From assembly GCA_963827685.1 (NCBI GenBank), contig CAWHBU010000001.1:1-64000 (forward strand): 64,000 nucleotides of DNA. The letters run 5' to 3'. The notes under the pieces are model-generated. The model saw only the letters and a program-made list of their open reading frames with translations, made no database searches and was not told the DNA's origin. Positions 53,773 to 64,000 of this stretch are shown here, piece by piece. Positions within the stretch are counted from its first letter, which is position 1. Each line of letters opens with the position of its first letter. The translations under genes were made by a program, and so were the position numbers. This DNA comes from an uncultured delta proteobacterium (GTDB lineage Bacteria > Desulfobacterota > BSN033 > UBA1163).

Positions 53773-53962
53773 ATTTCTTCTTTTATTTTACTGTGCCAGG
53801 CAACCCGTCTTCGTCAGGGAGGAAACGAGGGACACATTCCATTTATTTTTTACGGAAGGAGAAAAAGGAATGCGTTGTCCCTATTCAAATTTAGAGTTGC
53901 TGGTGTTGTTCTATGGAGAAAGGCAGGTCCCAGAGAAGGGTTCCCCTGCCAGGCGTGGATCA

Positions 53963-54535
53963 TCAATAATTCTCCGCCAGAACTTCGAAGTAAGCTTTGG
54001 GATGTTTGCAAGCCGGACATCTATCCGGCACTTCCTTCCCTTCAAACACATAACCACAATTTCGACAGTGCCATTTCACAGAAGCATCCTTTTTGAATAC
54101 TCTCCCCTCCTTCACGCTCTTTAACAGACTCAGATACCGGGTTTCGTGGAACTTTTCCACCTTGGCAACCTGGGTGAAGGTTTCATAGACTTCTGCAAAA
54201 CCTTCCTTTTTGGCTATGTTAGCAGAATTCTGATAGAGGGTTGTCCATTCCAAATTTTCTCCCGCGGCTGCCGCTTTCAAATTGTCCATGGTATTTCCAA
54301 CGATTCCGGCAGGGTAAGCAGCAACGATCTCTACTTCTCCTCCTTTGAGCGAATTGAAAAAGAGTTTGGCATGTTCTTTCTCGTTTTCGGCTGTTTCCAG
54401 AAAGATAGCAGAAATCTGCTCGTAGCCCTCTTTCCGGACTGCACTGGCAAAATAGGTGTAGCGATTCCTGGCCTGGGATTCGCCGGCAAAAGCAGCTAAA
54501 AGATTCTTCTCCGTCTTGCTTCCTTTCAATTCCAT
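53963..54535 (-). CDS. rbr: Rubrerythrin
   Basis: AFAGESQARNRY, NEKEHA, WHCRNCGY...CPACKHP. Confidence 0.95.
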   Translation of the reverse strand: MELKGSKTEKNLLAAFAGESQARNRYTYFASAVRKEGYEQISAIFLETAENEKEHAKLFFNSLKGGEVEIVAAYPAGIVGNTMDNLKAAAAGENLEWTTLYQNSANIAKKEGFAEVYETFTQVAKVEKFHETRYLSLLKSVKEGRVFKKDASVKWHCRNCGYVFEGKEVPDRCPACKHPKAYFEVLAENY

Positions 54536-54715
54536 AACTTCTCCTCCTTTCATGAATCAGTACTCAACATCCACCTTTGGCCCTAACAGATAATTTTATC
54601 CTTGAAGTGTGAATTTATCAAATCAAAAATAGTCTCTGATTGAATTCCTATATTGCCAAATCCTCTAAAAAGGCTTAAAGTTTTAGAAGTGACCATCGAT
54701 GGGAAGGAGGATAAA

Positions 54716-55286
54716 ATGAAGGTCTTAGGAATTTTGGGAAGTCCCCAGAGTAGGAGGAAACAGTGACATCCTTTTGGATCAAGCCCTGGCCGGAGCCAGG
54801 GATGCAGGAGGGGAGGTAGAAAAGATCGTCCTGTCCAAGAAGAAGATTTCTGGATGCCTGGATTGCGGAAAATGCAATGAGACAGGCGTCTGCGCTATTC
54901 AGGACGACATGCTGGAGATTCACAAAAAGATCCTGGAGGCGGATGCTATCATCCACAGCGTGCCTGTCTATTTTTGGGCCATGACTGCTCAGATGAAAGC
55001 CTACTTAGACCGCTGGTGCGCTTTTTTTGATGCGGAGTGGCGATGGCACAAGGCCTACCGTCCTAAGATGAAGGGAAAGAGGATCGGCTTGATCACGGTC
55101 TGCGGGGATCAAAATGTCTCAACGGCAGACCCCATTGTTCACAGTTTTAGGAACACATGCCAATTTACTGGGCTCAACTTGCTGGATGTGGTTCAGGCCT
55201 CGGCCTCGACAAAAGGAGAGGTCGCCAAGAATGAGGGAATCAAAATGCAAGCTTACGATTTGGGGAAAAAAAGTGTGACAAAGTGA
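54716..55286 (+). pseudogene. Iron-sulfur flavoprotein/flavodoxin family protein with +1 frameshift at 54743-54746
   Basis: RBS then MKVLGILGSP|RVGGNSDILLDQAL; CLDCGKC...CAIQDDM. Confidence 0.8.
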
Positions 55287-55314
55287 CCTCCCGAACTATT
55301 TTCTTCCTGCAGAG

Positions 55315-55461
55315 TTAACGTTTCCTTCGGAATCGGTTCTCCAGGATGACTTGGTCAATAATCTCCCCACAAGCAATGCATCTCCATCCGAAATAATCTT
55401 CAGCCTGACCGTAGAACTTTTCATAAGCCATCGAATCACCGCAACGACCACATTTCATCAT
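55315..55461 (-). CDS. 48-aa zinc-ribbon-like protein (absent from ORF track)
   Basis: GGAGGT RBS; MMKCGRCGDSMAYEKFYGQAEDYFGWRCIACGEIIDQVILENRFRRKR. Confidence 0.75.
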   Translation of the reverse strand: MMKCGRCGDSMAYEKFYGQAEDYFGWRCIACGEIIDQVILENRFRRKR

Positions 55462-55824
55462 GGTCACCTCCCATAGGTTATATTAATTTATACATCCACC
55501 TTTGAAATTTCAATGTCAATGGGTGAGAAAGGTAGTTCTTAGACTGCTGCCTGAGGATTATTTGAAGCGTATCTAAGAGAAAAATTCCCCCGACAAATAA
55601 TGGGGGGCCATGCTGTCACCCTCTGGCTGCCCCCTCCGAGGTGGTGACTCTTAGCCTCCAGAGAAACTTTTCCAAAATTGTTAGTGGTAGTAGAAGGAGA
55701 CAGATAGCACAACAGAGGCTTACAGGGGTGAGGATAGCACCTACCTATACGTAACATAATCCGTATTTACTATTGATATTATGATGTTGCGTAGTGTTTA
55801 AGTTTTCATAATTTCTTTCTCATG

Positions 55825-56718
55825 TCAAGGATTATTTGGGTTGCCAGCCGTTCGTTGCATGATCACCTCCATGGCTTTGTAGTAATCTCTCTGTACTTTG
55901 AGGTTTGATACCCGGCAGTAGCGTTGGGTCGTCCTGATAGAGTTATGCCCCAAAAGATCCTGGATGGTAGAGAGGTCCGCATCCGCATTCAACATCTGCG
56001 TTGCCATCGTATGGCGAAGATGGTGGCAGGAGATTCTCAAGTTTGTTTTGCGGGCATAATATTCCATCCGTTTCTGGATGCCGCGAATGGATAAAGGTTG
56101 CCCGCTGAGAGGCCCTTTCTCTACAAGAAAAACCTTTCTTACTTTATTTGCGGGTCGCACCCTTAGATATTCCAGGAGAGCATGAAGGGCATCGTTGCTG
56201 AGATAGACAATCCGATCCTTCGCACCCTTGCCATCCTGGATGAGCAGCATTCTGCGTTTCAGATCAATATTGCTGAGGGAAAGGTGAGCCACTTCTTCTA
56301 CCCGTAATCCGCATCGGAGCATGAGCGTGAAGATGGCCTGATCCCTTCGCCCTTTCAGATGCTTGAAGAGGATCTCTATGTGCTCGTCTCTCAGATGTTT
56401 GGGAAGCCCCCTGGGAAGCTTCATGATATTTGGCTTCTTCACAGGGTTGACGATCCGGAGTCCCTCTTCTTCGCAGAGGTAGTGGTAAAACTGACAGATG
56501 CTGTTGAGATAACAGTTGACGGTCTTAGGTTTTAGCCGTTTTCCAAGCAGGTCATCCATATACTCGTCAACCTTTCTGTAGGTGACCTTTTCGATCGGCT
56601 CATCCAGCCAGAGAACAAAGTGCTTCAGACTGTTTAAATAGTGCTTAACGGTATTCGGTGAGACGTTCCTTCTCTTCAAGAAACGCCTGTACCTGATGAT
56701 CGAGTCGGTAAGATCCAT
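55825..56718 (-). CDS. Tyrosine recombinase (XerC/D-like)
   Basis: GLRVEE, GKGAKDR, HHLRHTMAT, LLGH, TQRY. Confidence 0.95.
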   Translation of the reverse strand: MDLTDSIIRYRRFLKRRNVSPNTVKHYLNSLKHFVLWLDEPIEKVTYRKVDEYMDDLLGKRLKPKTVNCYLNSICQFYHYLCEEEGLRIVNPVKKPNIMKLPRGLPKHLRDEHIEILFKHLKGRRDQAIFTLMLRCGLRVEEVAHLSLSNIDLKRRMLLIQDGKGAKDRIVYLSNDALHALLEYLRVRPANKVRKVFLVEKGPLSGQPLSIRGIQKRMEYYARKTNLRISCHHLRHTMATQMLNADADLSTIQDLLGHNSIRTTQRYCRVSNLKVQRDYYKAMEVIMQRTAGNPNNP

Positions 56719-57808
56719 TCAGCTCCCCCCTTTCTATAATCGTCATGGCTCTGAAGTACTCTTGCTCTCTGGTCTTATCCGTGAGCCGCGCATAGCGCCG
56801 CGTCACATCCACAGAGGTATGCCCCATCAGCGGTTGGAGGCATTCGAGGCGCATACCGGCATTTAAAAGCTCACTGGCAAACGTATGTCGTAGGGCATGG
56901 AGGCAATACCCCTTATGGGCAAGACCGGCTTTCGTCAGGTAGCCTTTGAACATGAGGTGTGCGGTCGTATAGGACATGGCGTTCTTGCCCGTCGCATAAA
57001 AGAGATATACTTTATGAGAATCCTTCACCTTGATCCAGGCTTTCAAAGCCTGCATGGCATCTTCACTGAGGTAAACCACTCTTCCGATGCGGTTCTTTTC
57101 CCCCTCGTAGATATCCACTCTTCGATCCTTGAGGTGAAGATCCTGCATCCTGGTACTCAGCAATTCACCGATTCTCATCCCCGTCCGTAAAAGCACCATC
57201 ACCATGGCCCGGTCTCTGGGATTGTTGATAACAGAAAGTAATGCTTTCACATCGTCCGGATCTATGGCCCTCGGTAAGGTCTCGGGCTTCCTCAGACGAA
57301 TCCTTCTTGCCAGAACATTACTACGAATCGCACCTGCTTCAATCAGATAGCCTAAAAAAGCATTGACACAGTGAAGCCTTGTTCGCACCGTCGATATCAT
57401 TAACCCCCGATCCTGCTCATGTTCAATAAAAACCTCCAGATCATCCTTGGTGATCTCCTCCAAACGGGTCTTTCCGGAACCTCTAATAAGAGTGAGAAAA
57501 ATATAGATTGCGGTCAGGTTACTGAAGTACGTTTTTGGCCTGAGACCCCGCCTACACATGTCCCGCAAATAGCCCTCAACGTGCTCTTTTCCCGGCAAGC
57601 CCCAGCCTGCAACCCGATTCAGTGCCCATTGAAACGCTCTTGCCTTCGCCTCGAGCTCAGGACAACACGGCCTCTCTGATTTTCCTCTATGGGCCTTGGA
57701 TAAAAAAATGGATGGGTGAATCCCCTCCCGTCGATCAATACTTCTAAATTCCGTCAGGGATTCATTCGTTGGAATGACGCTGCAATATTCTATAGCCCTC
57801 TGGTCCAT
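56645..57808 (-). CDS. Tyrosine recombinase (XerC/D-like)
   Basis: TGMRIGE, HALRHTFAS, LMGH, TRRY. Confidence 0.95.
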   Translation of the reverse strand: MDQRAIEYCSVIPTNESLTEFRSIDRREGIHPSIFLSKAHRGKSERPCCPELEAKARAFQWALNRVAGWGLPGKEHVEGYLRDMCRRGLRPKTYFSNLTAIYIFLTLIRGSGKTRLEEITKDDLEVFIEHEQDRGLMISTVRTRLHCVNAFLGYLIEAGAIRSNVLARRIRLRKPETLPRAIDPDDVKALLSVINNPRDRAMVMVLLRTGMRIGELLSTRMQDLHLKDRRVDIYEGEKNRIGRVVYLSEDAMQALKAWIKVKDSHKVYLFYATGKNAMSYTTAHLMFKGYLTKAGLAHKGYCLHALRHTFASELLNAGMRLECLQPLMGHTSVDVTRRYARLTDKTREQEYFRAMTIIERGELNGSYRLDHQVQAFLEEKERLTEYR

Positions 57809-57976
57809 CTCTATCTCCTTTCCTTTGAATCAATAGGAAATACAGATAGATGATGAACCTGATAAGCTTAACTTTCAATCACCTTTTTGTTACGTATAGC
57901 ACTACTCTTCACCTTTGATAGGAGCGAGGGACTAACGATTATGGATTGACCTTCCCCTGAAAAAGTGGACACATGA

Positions 57977-58834
57977 TTAAGTTTCATTAAGGAGCTTTTC
58001 ATACTGCTCTGGGCTCCTGTACCCTAATGCCGAATGACTCCTCTGACGATTATAAAACACTTCCACGTACTCAAAAATACTAAGCCTCGCCTCCAGCCTT
58101 GAACGGTACCGCTCACCATGGACCAACTCCGTCTTGAGCGTGCCAAAGAAAGACTCCACATAGGCATTATCATAACAATTGCCACTTCTGCTCATACTAG
58201 GAGTCATGCCGTATTCTCTTAAAAGCTCCTGATAGGCATAGCTTGCATACTGCCTGCCTCGATCAGAATGGTGGATCAACCCTTCAGAGGGGCTTTGCCT
58301 GCCCACCGCGTCCCTGAGCGCAGCAGAAGCTAGCTCCTGAGAGAGCTTATCGCTCATGGACAGCCCAATGATCTTTCTGCTTTTCACATTCATCACTGCT
58401 GCCACATAGAGCCATCCCTCAGAAGTGGGCACAAACGTAATATCAGATGCCCATACCCCCTCTGTCTGCCTCTGGTCAATCAGTAAGTTTGCAGCCAAGG
58501 CATAATGATGCCGTGAATCGGTAGTCCGCCTGAATCTCTTTTTCTTCACTTCTGCCCATATGGAGTGCTCTTTCATGATCCTGGCTACCCGGTTCTTCCC
58601 ACATCTAAGACCCTGCTTATTGAGCTCCGCTGCGATCCGCGGACTCCCATAGAGCCTTCTGCTTTGAGTGTGGATCTCCCGTATGTGCCCCAGCAACTCC
58701 TCATCGTCTTTCTGACGTGTGCTCGGTTGACGCGTCTTCCACGCATAATAACCACTTCTGGATACCTTCAACACTTCACTCATACTCCTTATCTTGTAGG
58801 TCTCTCTGTGCTCTTCTATCAACCGATACTTCAT
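57977..58834 (-). CDS. IS3 transposase OrfB
   Basis: Protein identical to 43464-44321. Confidence 0.95.
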   Translation of the reverse strand: MKYRLIEEHRETYKIRSMSEVLKVSRSGYYAWKTRQPSTRQKDDEELLGHIREIHTQSRRLYGSPRIAAELNKQGLRCGKNRVARIMKEHSIWAEVKKKRFRRTTDSRHHYALAANLLIDQRQTEGVWASDITFVPTSEGWLYVAAVMNVKSRKIIGLSMSDKLSQELASAALRDAVGRQSPSEGLIHHSDRGRQYASYAYQELLREYGMTPSMSRSGNCYDNAYVESFFGTLKTELVHGERYRSRLEARLSIFEYVEVFYNRQRSHSALGYRSPEQYEKLLNET

Positions 58835-59133
58835 CTGTTTCGTTTGGAGAATACGGCCAAGGCTTTTTTTAAAATGTCCCTCTCTTCCTTCACCTTTTCT
58901 AATTCCTTCCGGAGCCCCTTTATTTCCGCTTCCTCTGGCGTTACACGGCCCTTCCCTACGAAGGCTTTATCCCCTTTAGCTAAGAACCTCCTCCTCCATA
59001 GATGAAGAAGATTGGGATGGATATCAAGCTCTCGGGCCACCTTGCCTACCGGCATCCCTTTCTCTGTGACCAACTGCACTGCATCTCGTTTGAACTCACG
59101 GCTGAAATGACGATTCTTTTCCCCCATACGCAC
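58831..59133 (-). CDS. IS3 transposase OrfA
   Basis: Protein identical to 44318-44620. Confidence 0.93.
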   Translation of the reverse strand: MRMGEKNRHFSREFKRDAVQLVTEKGMPVGKVARELDIHPNLLHLWRRRFLAKGDKAFVGKGRVTPEEAEIKGLRKELEKVKEERDILKKALAVFSKRNR

Positions 59134-59552
59134 CTCCTGTCCAATGATACAAATTCTCAGGTGTGTCCATCAACTCGGGGGAAGGTCAGATAGAAATCAT
59201 CAATGACTCCGTGTTATACCTGGTCTCTCAATTTTCTCTTTCCACTCACCACTTGTAGATCCTATTGACTCCTCTAGTCCGATCTAATAAACTTCAATTG
59301 ACTTGGAGTCTTCTGTAATTGGTAGAAGAAGGGAAAATAGGTATCATTTTCTTATATATTTAATTGGTTTAAGAAGCACTGCAAGAATAAATTCCTTCTT
59401 GTGGGGATCGTAGATATTTTATCAAATGATGAGACTGAGTATCGACAGGATAATGAGGTTCCTAATTATTTCCCTCACCCACCTTACTTTTAATGTACTT
59501 ATAAGAACAACAGGGGTGATGAATTGGACTTCGACACAGACAAAAGATTGAT

Positions 59553-60296
59553 ATGAAGTTAAAATCAAAAGTAATTATTGTGATGCCTGCTTACAATGCG
59601 GCGTCCACATTAGAAAAGACAGTTCAGGATATCCCTGAAGACTTCGCCCATGAAATCATTCTTGTCGACGACTCAAGCGAAGACGATACGGTAAAAATAG
59701 CAAAAAGCTTGGGTTTAACGGTTATCGCTCATGATAGAAATGCGGGTTATGGTGCAAATCAAAAGACCTGCTACGATGAGGCACTGAGACGTGATCCAGA
59801 CATCGTTATGATGATTCACCCCGACTATCAATATGACAGTTCCCTTGTTCCTCTCTTTGGCCAACTCATTGAAAAGGGTATTTGTGACATCGTATTAGGC
59901 TCCCGTGTGAGAACCCGCAAAGAATGCCTTGATTCAGGTATGCCCCTTTATAAATATATATCAAATAGATTGCTAACCATATTAGAAAACTTGATTACAG
60001 GGCAGAACCTCTCGGAGTGGCACACGGGTTATCGAGCATATTCAAGAGAGGTACTGGAAAAGATTCCTTTTCATGAAAATTCAAATGATTTCGTTTTTGA
60101 CTCTCAATTTCTGATTCAAGCTGCTTATTTTGGGTTTAAAATCGGGGATTTACCCGTGCCATGTCGTTATATGAGTAAAGCATCGTCGATTGATTTCACT
60201 CGTAGCGTTGTCTATGGGATTGGTACGATTAAGGCGGTATTCCAATTTATTTTACAAAAGCTTCATTTGATGAAATTTAGTCTCTTTGGATCTTAA
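59553..60296 (+). CDS. GT2 glycosyltransferase, DPM1/polyprenol-phosphate-sugar synthase-like
   Basis: [34 protein letters not shown]. Confidence 0.9.
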   Translation: MKLKSKVIIVMPAYNAASTLEKTVQDIPEDFAHEIILVDDSSEDDTVKIAKSLGLTVIAHDRNAGYGANQKTCYDEALRRDPDIVMMIHPDYQYDSSLVPLFGQLIEKGICDIVLGSRVRTRKECLDSGMPLYKYISNRLLTILENLITGQNLSEWHTGYRAYSREVLEKIPFHENSNDFVFDSQFLIQAAYFGFKIGDLPVPCRYMSKASSIDFTRSVVYGIGTIKAVFQFILQKLHLMKFSLFGS

Positions 60297-60394
60297 GATG
60301 GAAGAAAGATACAGCCCCTGCCTACCGCAGAGAGGTCTATCACCCCTGTCTGCTGACAGGTAGGCGCGAGCCAGGCGAGACACACTCCAGTCAA

Positions 60395-62712
60395 ATGTCA
60401 AAACGTAAAGCTAAGCACAAGGTCATCACTGAAAAGGTAAGGCAAGGCAAACCACTTCATGCAAAAGGTTGGTCATTCCGCCGCCATGGTTTGGTACTCT
60501 TGCTCGGTCTGTTTCTCATGATACTAACCTTTGCTACCTTTGAGCAAGTAAGAACCTGTGATTTTATAAACTTTGATGACCATGTATACATAACAGATAA
60601 CCGACACGTACAGTCCGGATTGACTCTCGAGGGTGTGACCTGGGCTTTCACGACCACGCATGCAGCCAATTGGCATCCATTGACATGGCTATCCCACATG
60701 CTCGACTGTCAACTTTACGGGTTGAACCCGAGTGGGCATCATTTGACCAATTTGGTTTTTCACATTGCCAGTGCTCTTTTGCTGTTCTTAGTTCTTAAAC
60801 GTATGACAGGGGGCTCTGGAGGAGCGGCTTTGTTGCAGCCTTGTTTGCATTGCATCCCCTCCGTGTGGAGTCGGTGGCATGGGTGGCAGAGCGCAAAGAT
60901 GTTCTGAGCACTTTCTTCTGGATGCTGACGATGTGGACATATATCCGTTACGTTGAACGGCCGAAGCTGAATAGATATCTGCTGGTCCTCCTGTTCTTTA
61001 CCCTGGGCCTTTTGTCGAAGCCGATGCTCGTGACCCTGCCATTTGTGCTTTTTTTGCTTGACTATTGGCCTCTTCGCCGCTTTCAGTTTGGGCAATCGAG
61101 TGGAAATTCCAAATCCCCCACTTCCAAACCAATAAATCCCAGTAATCAAAGGTCCACGGTTCTTCGGTTAGTTCGGGAGAAAGGTCCGTTTTTTATTCTT
61201 TGCGCCATATCCAGCATTTTGACTATCTTTGCACAGCAGAAAGGGGGCGCGGTTATGTCACTGGAGAATTACCCGATTGAGAGTCGAATTGCTAACGCTT
61301 TGGTATCCTACGTCAGTTATATCGAGAAGATGATCTGGCCCCGTCACCTGGCGGTCTTCTATCCACACCAAGAGATGCTGCCCATATGGAAGATAGTGGG
61401 GTCTGGTTTGTTGTTAGTCGGTGTATCTGTTCTGGTGATTCGTGCTGTGCGTAAACATCCCTATCTTGTGGTGGGGTGGTTCTGGTACCTTGGGACTCTT
61501 ATTCCCGTGATTGGGCTGGTGCAGGTGGGATCGCAGGCCATGGCTGACCGGTACACGTATGTGCCCCTGATCGGTCTGTTCATCATGATGGCCTGGGGTG
61601 TTCCGGATATATTGGCGGGGTGGCGTTTCCGTAAAGTTGTCCTTTCCGTATCAACTGGCCTACTGCTTTCACTTTTGATGGTCGTTACAAATTTGCAACT
61701 AAAGCATTGGCAAAATGACATTACGCTCTTTGAACATACCCTTGCTGCGACTTGTAACAACTTTATAATACATTACAACCTTGGAGTTGTTCTTGCCGGG
61801 CAGGGAAAGACCCAGGAGGCCGTTGCCCATTATGCCGAGGCCCTGAGAATCAAGCCAGACTATGCGGAGGCACACAACAACCTTGGAGTTGCTCTTGTCG
61901 GGCAGGGAAAGACCCAGGAGGCCGTTGCCCATTATGCCGAGGCCCTGAGAATCAAGCCAGACTATGCGGAGGCACACTACAACCTGGGAGCTGCTCTTGT
62001 CGGGCAGGGAAAGACCCAGGAGGCCGTTGCCCATTATGCCGAGGCCCGGAGAATCAAGCCAGACTATGCGGAGGCACACAACAACCTTGGAGTTGCTCTT
62101 GCCGGGCAGGGAAAGACCCAGGAGGCCGTTGCCCATTATGCCGAGGCCCTGAGAATCAAGCCAGACTTTGCGGAGGCACACAACAACCTTGGAGTTACTC
62201 TTGCCGGGCAGGGAAAGACCCAGGAGGCCGTTGCCCATTATGCCGAGGCCCTGAGAATCAAGCCAGACTATGCGGAGGCACACAACAACCTTGGACTTGT
62301 TCTTGCCGGGCAGAGAAAGACCCAGGAGGCCATTGCCCATTATGCCGAGGCCCTGAGAATCAAGCCAGACTTTGCGGAGGCATACAACAACCTTGGAGTT
62401 GCTCTTGCCGGGCAGGGAAAGACCCAGGAGGCCGTTGCCCATTATGCCGAGGCCCTGAGAATCAAGCCAGACTTTGCGGAGGCACACAACAACCTTGGAG
62501 GTGCTCTTGCCGGGCAAGGAAAGACCCAGGAGGCCATTGCCCATTATACCGAGGCCCTGAGAATCAAGCCAGACTTTGCGGAGGCACATATTAACTTGGG
62601 CTTGGCTTACTTGATGATTGGGAATAAGAGTTCGGCACTGGGGGAATACAAAATCCTTGAGAAAATCAATCCAGATTTAGCCAATATATTATACCGCAAG
62701 ATTTTTGAATGA
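60395..62712 (+). pseudogene. TMTC-like membrane protein with TPR repeats, frameshifted near 60810
   Basis: NFDD, NWHPLT, LHPLRVESVAWVAERKD, ADRYTY; one base missing in the G-run at 60808-60812. Confidence 0.8.
61771..62586 (+). repeat. Eight near-identical 102-bp tandem repeats encoding TPRs
   Basis: Unit HNNLGVALAGQGKTQEAVAHYAEALRIKPDYAEA; starts at 61771, 61873 ... 62485. Confidence 0.95.
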
Positions 62713-62729
62713 GGCCTGCGGCATCTAAT

Positions 62730-64000
62730 GAGCCTGTAGAAAAAGTCACTTTTTTAAAAACTGCTTCTTCTGCTGGATCAAAAATAGGAAATTATTTTCT
62801 GTCATCAAAAGTTTTTCCGATTCTTGGCGAAATGTTCGTCTTTTCATGATATTTTTCTTACCCCAATACCCTATCACCCAATCCGGCTCCTTCACGCAAA
62901 GTCCAGACCATATCGATGCACTTTAAATAGATTGTGCACCGCACAGTAGAGTAACCACTGGGTGTTCACTTTTCGTTTCCCTCGAAGGGTAAATCGGTTC
63001 AACCCTAAGGTAGAGCAAATATTCCCAAATACAGGTTCTGCCGTTCCGAGTCTCCTGTTGTAGATGAGTCTGCCTTTTATCGAATCTATTTTGCGCTTCA
63101 TCTTCTGGGTAAACGTCTCCGGCTTCGACTCCGCACTCCCCTGAAAGAAGTACACCTGTCTTGCCTCCGTTCTGTCCGGATGTCTCAGGCATCTCTCCCG
63201 TAGTTCGCAGATCCGACAGTCGGTCTTTCTCCCATGAAACTTGATGGCCCGCTGACCGTTGACCACCACATTCCCCCCATTGCGATACAGGCGCTTACCC
63301 CCAGGACAGATGCAATGAGTCTTGTCTTCGCTGATCGTAAAATCCCTGTGTGGCCTGTATAAGTCGGCCACTCCGTAGTACTCAGCCCTCTCCTTTCTGA
63401 ATTGCTCTTTGTATTTGTCAACGTCCGAAAACCGCGGGTCCCGCTTCCGAAACTGCGTGTCTGCAATATAGGCATCGATCCCTTGCCCCATGACCTCCTT
63501 CATATTCGCCTCGGTATGAAACCCACTGTCCGCTGTGAGCTTCGCTTTTCCGAAGATATCCTGTTTAATGCCGACGGCCTCGAAGTTCTCCCTCGTCCCC
63601 TCGAGCATAGGAAGAAGAAGATCATGTTCCTGCGCTGCTCCAAATGCCTCCGCATGTACAACCACCTGGTGCTTTCCGTCTACCACCGCTACCCCATCGT
63701 AGCCCTGGATCACCCCGTGCGAGGTCTTCATCTTGGCGCTCTCATTGTCCGTGATGTTGCTCTTCACGGGCTTACCGCTCTTGCCAGGTTTGTCCTCGTT
63801 TTCTCGTAGCCATGCCTTTATCTTCTTTACCTTCCCCCGAAGGGTCTCCACATACTGCTCTTCTTGCTCCATCACTCCCCGGTCCGCCTCGGTAACATCC
63901 ACCTCCCGATGCCGCTTGACAATCTGCCTGATCACCTTCTCCATCTTCTCTCTTTTCTTCTCCAGTTCTTTCTTCGTCCCGCTCCATTCTTTCGAGGCGT
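62730..64000 (-). mobile_element. IS1182-family element, truncated by the window edge
   Basis: End GAGCCTGTAGAAAAAG; transposase 62892 to beyond 64000. Confidence 0.8.
62892..63998 (-). CDS. IS1182-family transposase, 5' truncated
   Basis: ASKEWSGT, TDNESAKM, ADSG, AEPVFGNI, VHN. Confidence 0.9.
   Translation of the reverse strand, partial: ASKEWSGTKKELEKKREKMEKVIRQIVKRHREVDVTEADRGVMEQEEQYVETLRGKVKKIKAWLRENEDKPGKSGKPVKSNITDNESAKMKTSHGVIQGYDGVAVVDGKHQVVVHAEAFGAAQEHDLLLPMLEGTRENFEAVGIKQDIFGKAKLTADSGFHTEANMKEVMGQGIDAYIADTQFRKRDPRFSDVDKYKEQFRKERAEYYGVADLYRPHRDFTISEDKTHCICPGGKRLYRNGGNVVVNGQRAIKFHGRKTDCRICELRERCLRHPDRTEARQVYFFQGSAESKPETFTQKMKRKIDSIKGRLIYNRRLGTAEPVFGNICSTLGLNRFTLRGKRKVNTQWLLYCAVHNLFKVHRYGLDFA

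Larger units (their letters stand above)
55745..57943 (-). mobile_element. Putative element encoding two tandem tyrosine recombinases
   Basis: 12-bp perfect IR CTATACGTAACA (55745) / TGTTACGTATAG (57888); CATAATC (55755) / GATTATG (57937). Confidence 0.65.
57947..59188 (-). mobile_element. IS3-family element, copy 2, 3-bp TSD GAT
   Basis: Same length, IRs and protein sequences as copy 1. Confidence 0.95.

Noticed and set aside
61699-62589. 296-aa antisense repeat ORF, and a DGR interpretation of the TPR variation
   Set aside because: Shadow of the tandem repeat; no reverse transcriptase or template repeat, and changes are not adenine-specific.

Overview
Bacterial chromosomal window, probably a deltaproteobacterial/Desulfobacterota-like anaerobe (inferred from gene content). 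1-2.1 kb: end of an NrfD-type membrane gene plus cobA and cysG-N (sirohaem synthesis). 2.36-3.90 kb: IS1202-type insertion sequence with an 18-bp target duplication abutting the str promoter. 4.0-24.2 kb: intact str-S10-spc-alpha ribosomal superoperon (rpsL to rplQ, no map gene). Its longer spacers hold periodic imperfect hairpins, a hairpin-flanked GxxExxY gene lies between rpsK and rpsD, and tuf has extreme G/T third-position skew. 24-31 kb: small metabolic and metal genes (candidate FmdB selenoprotein, copZ, csoR-like, MFS, pcaD-like, M24 peptidase, sirtuin). 31-64 kb: accessory mosaic with nuclease-like orphan genes separated by a repeated 27-bp palindromic site, a six-copy dispersed non-coding repeat at gene-block junctions, two IS3 copies, a two-tyrosine-recombinase element, a D-Ala/peptidoglycan module, a GT2 plus TMTC-like TPR pair and a truncated IS1182. 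Five accessory genes carry single-base frameshifts. No rRNA, tRNA or CRISPR array was recognised. All calls are by eye; no database searches were run.
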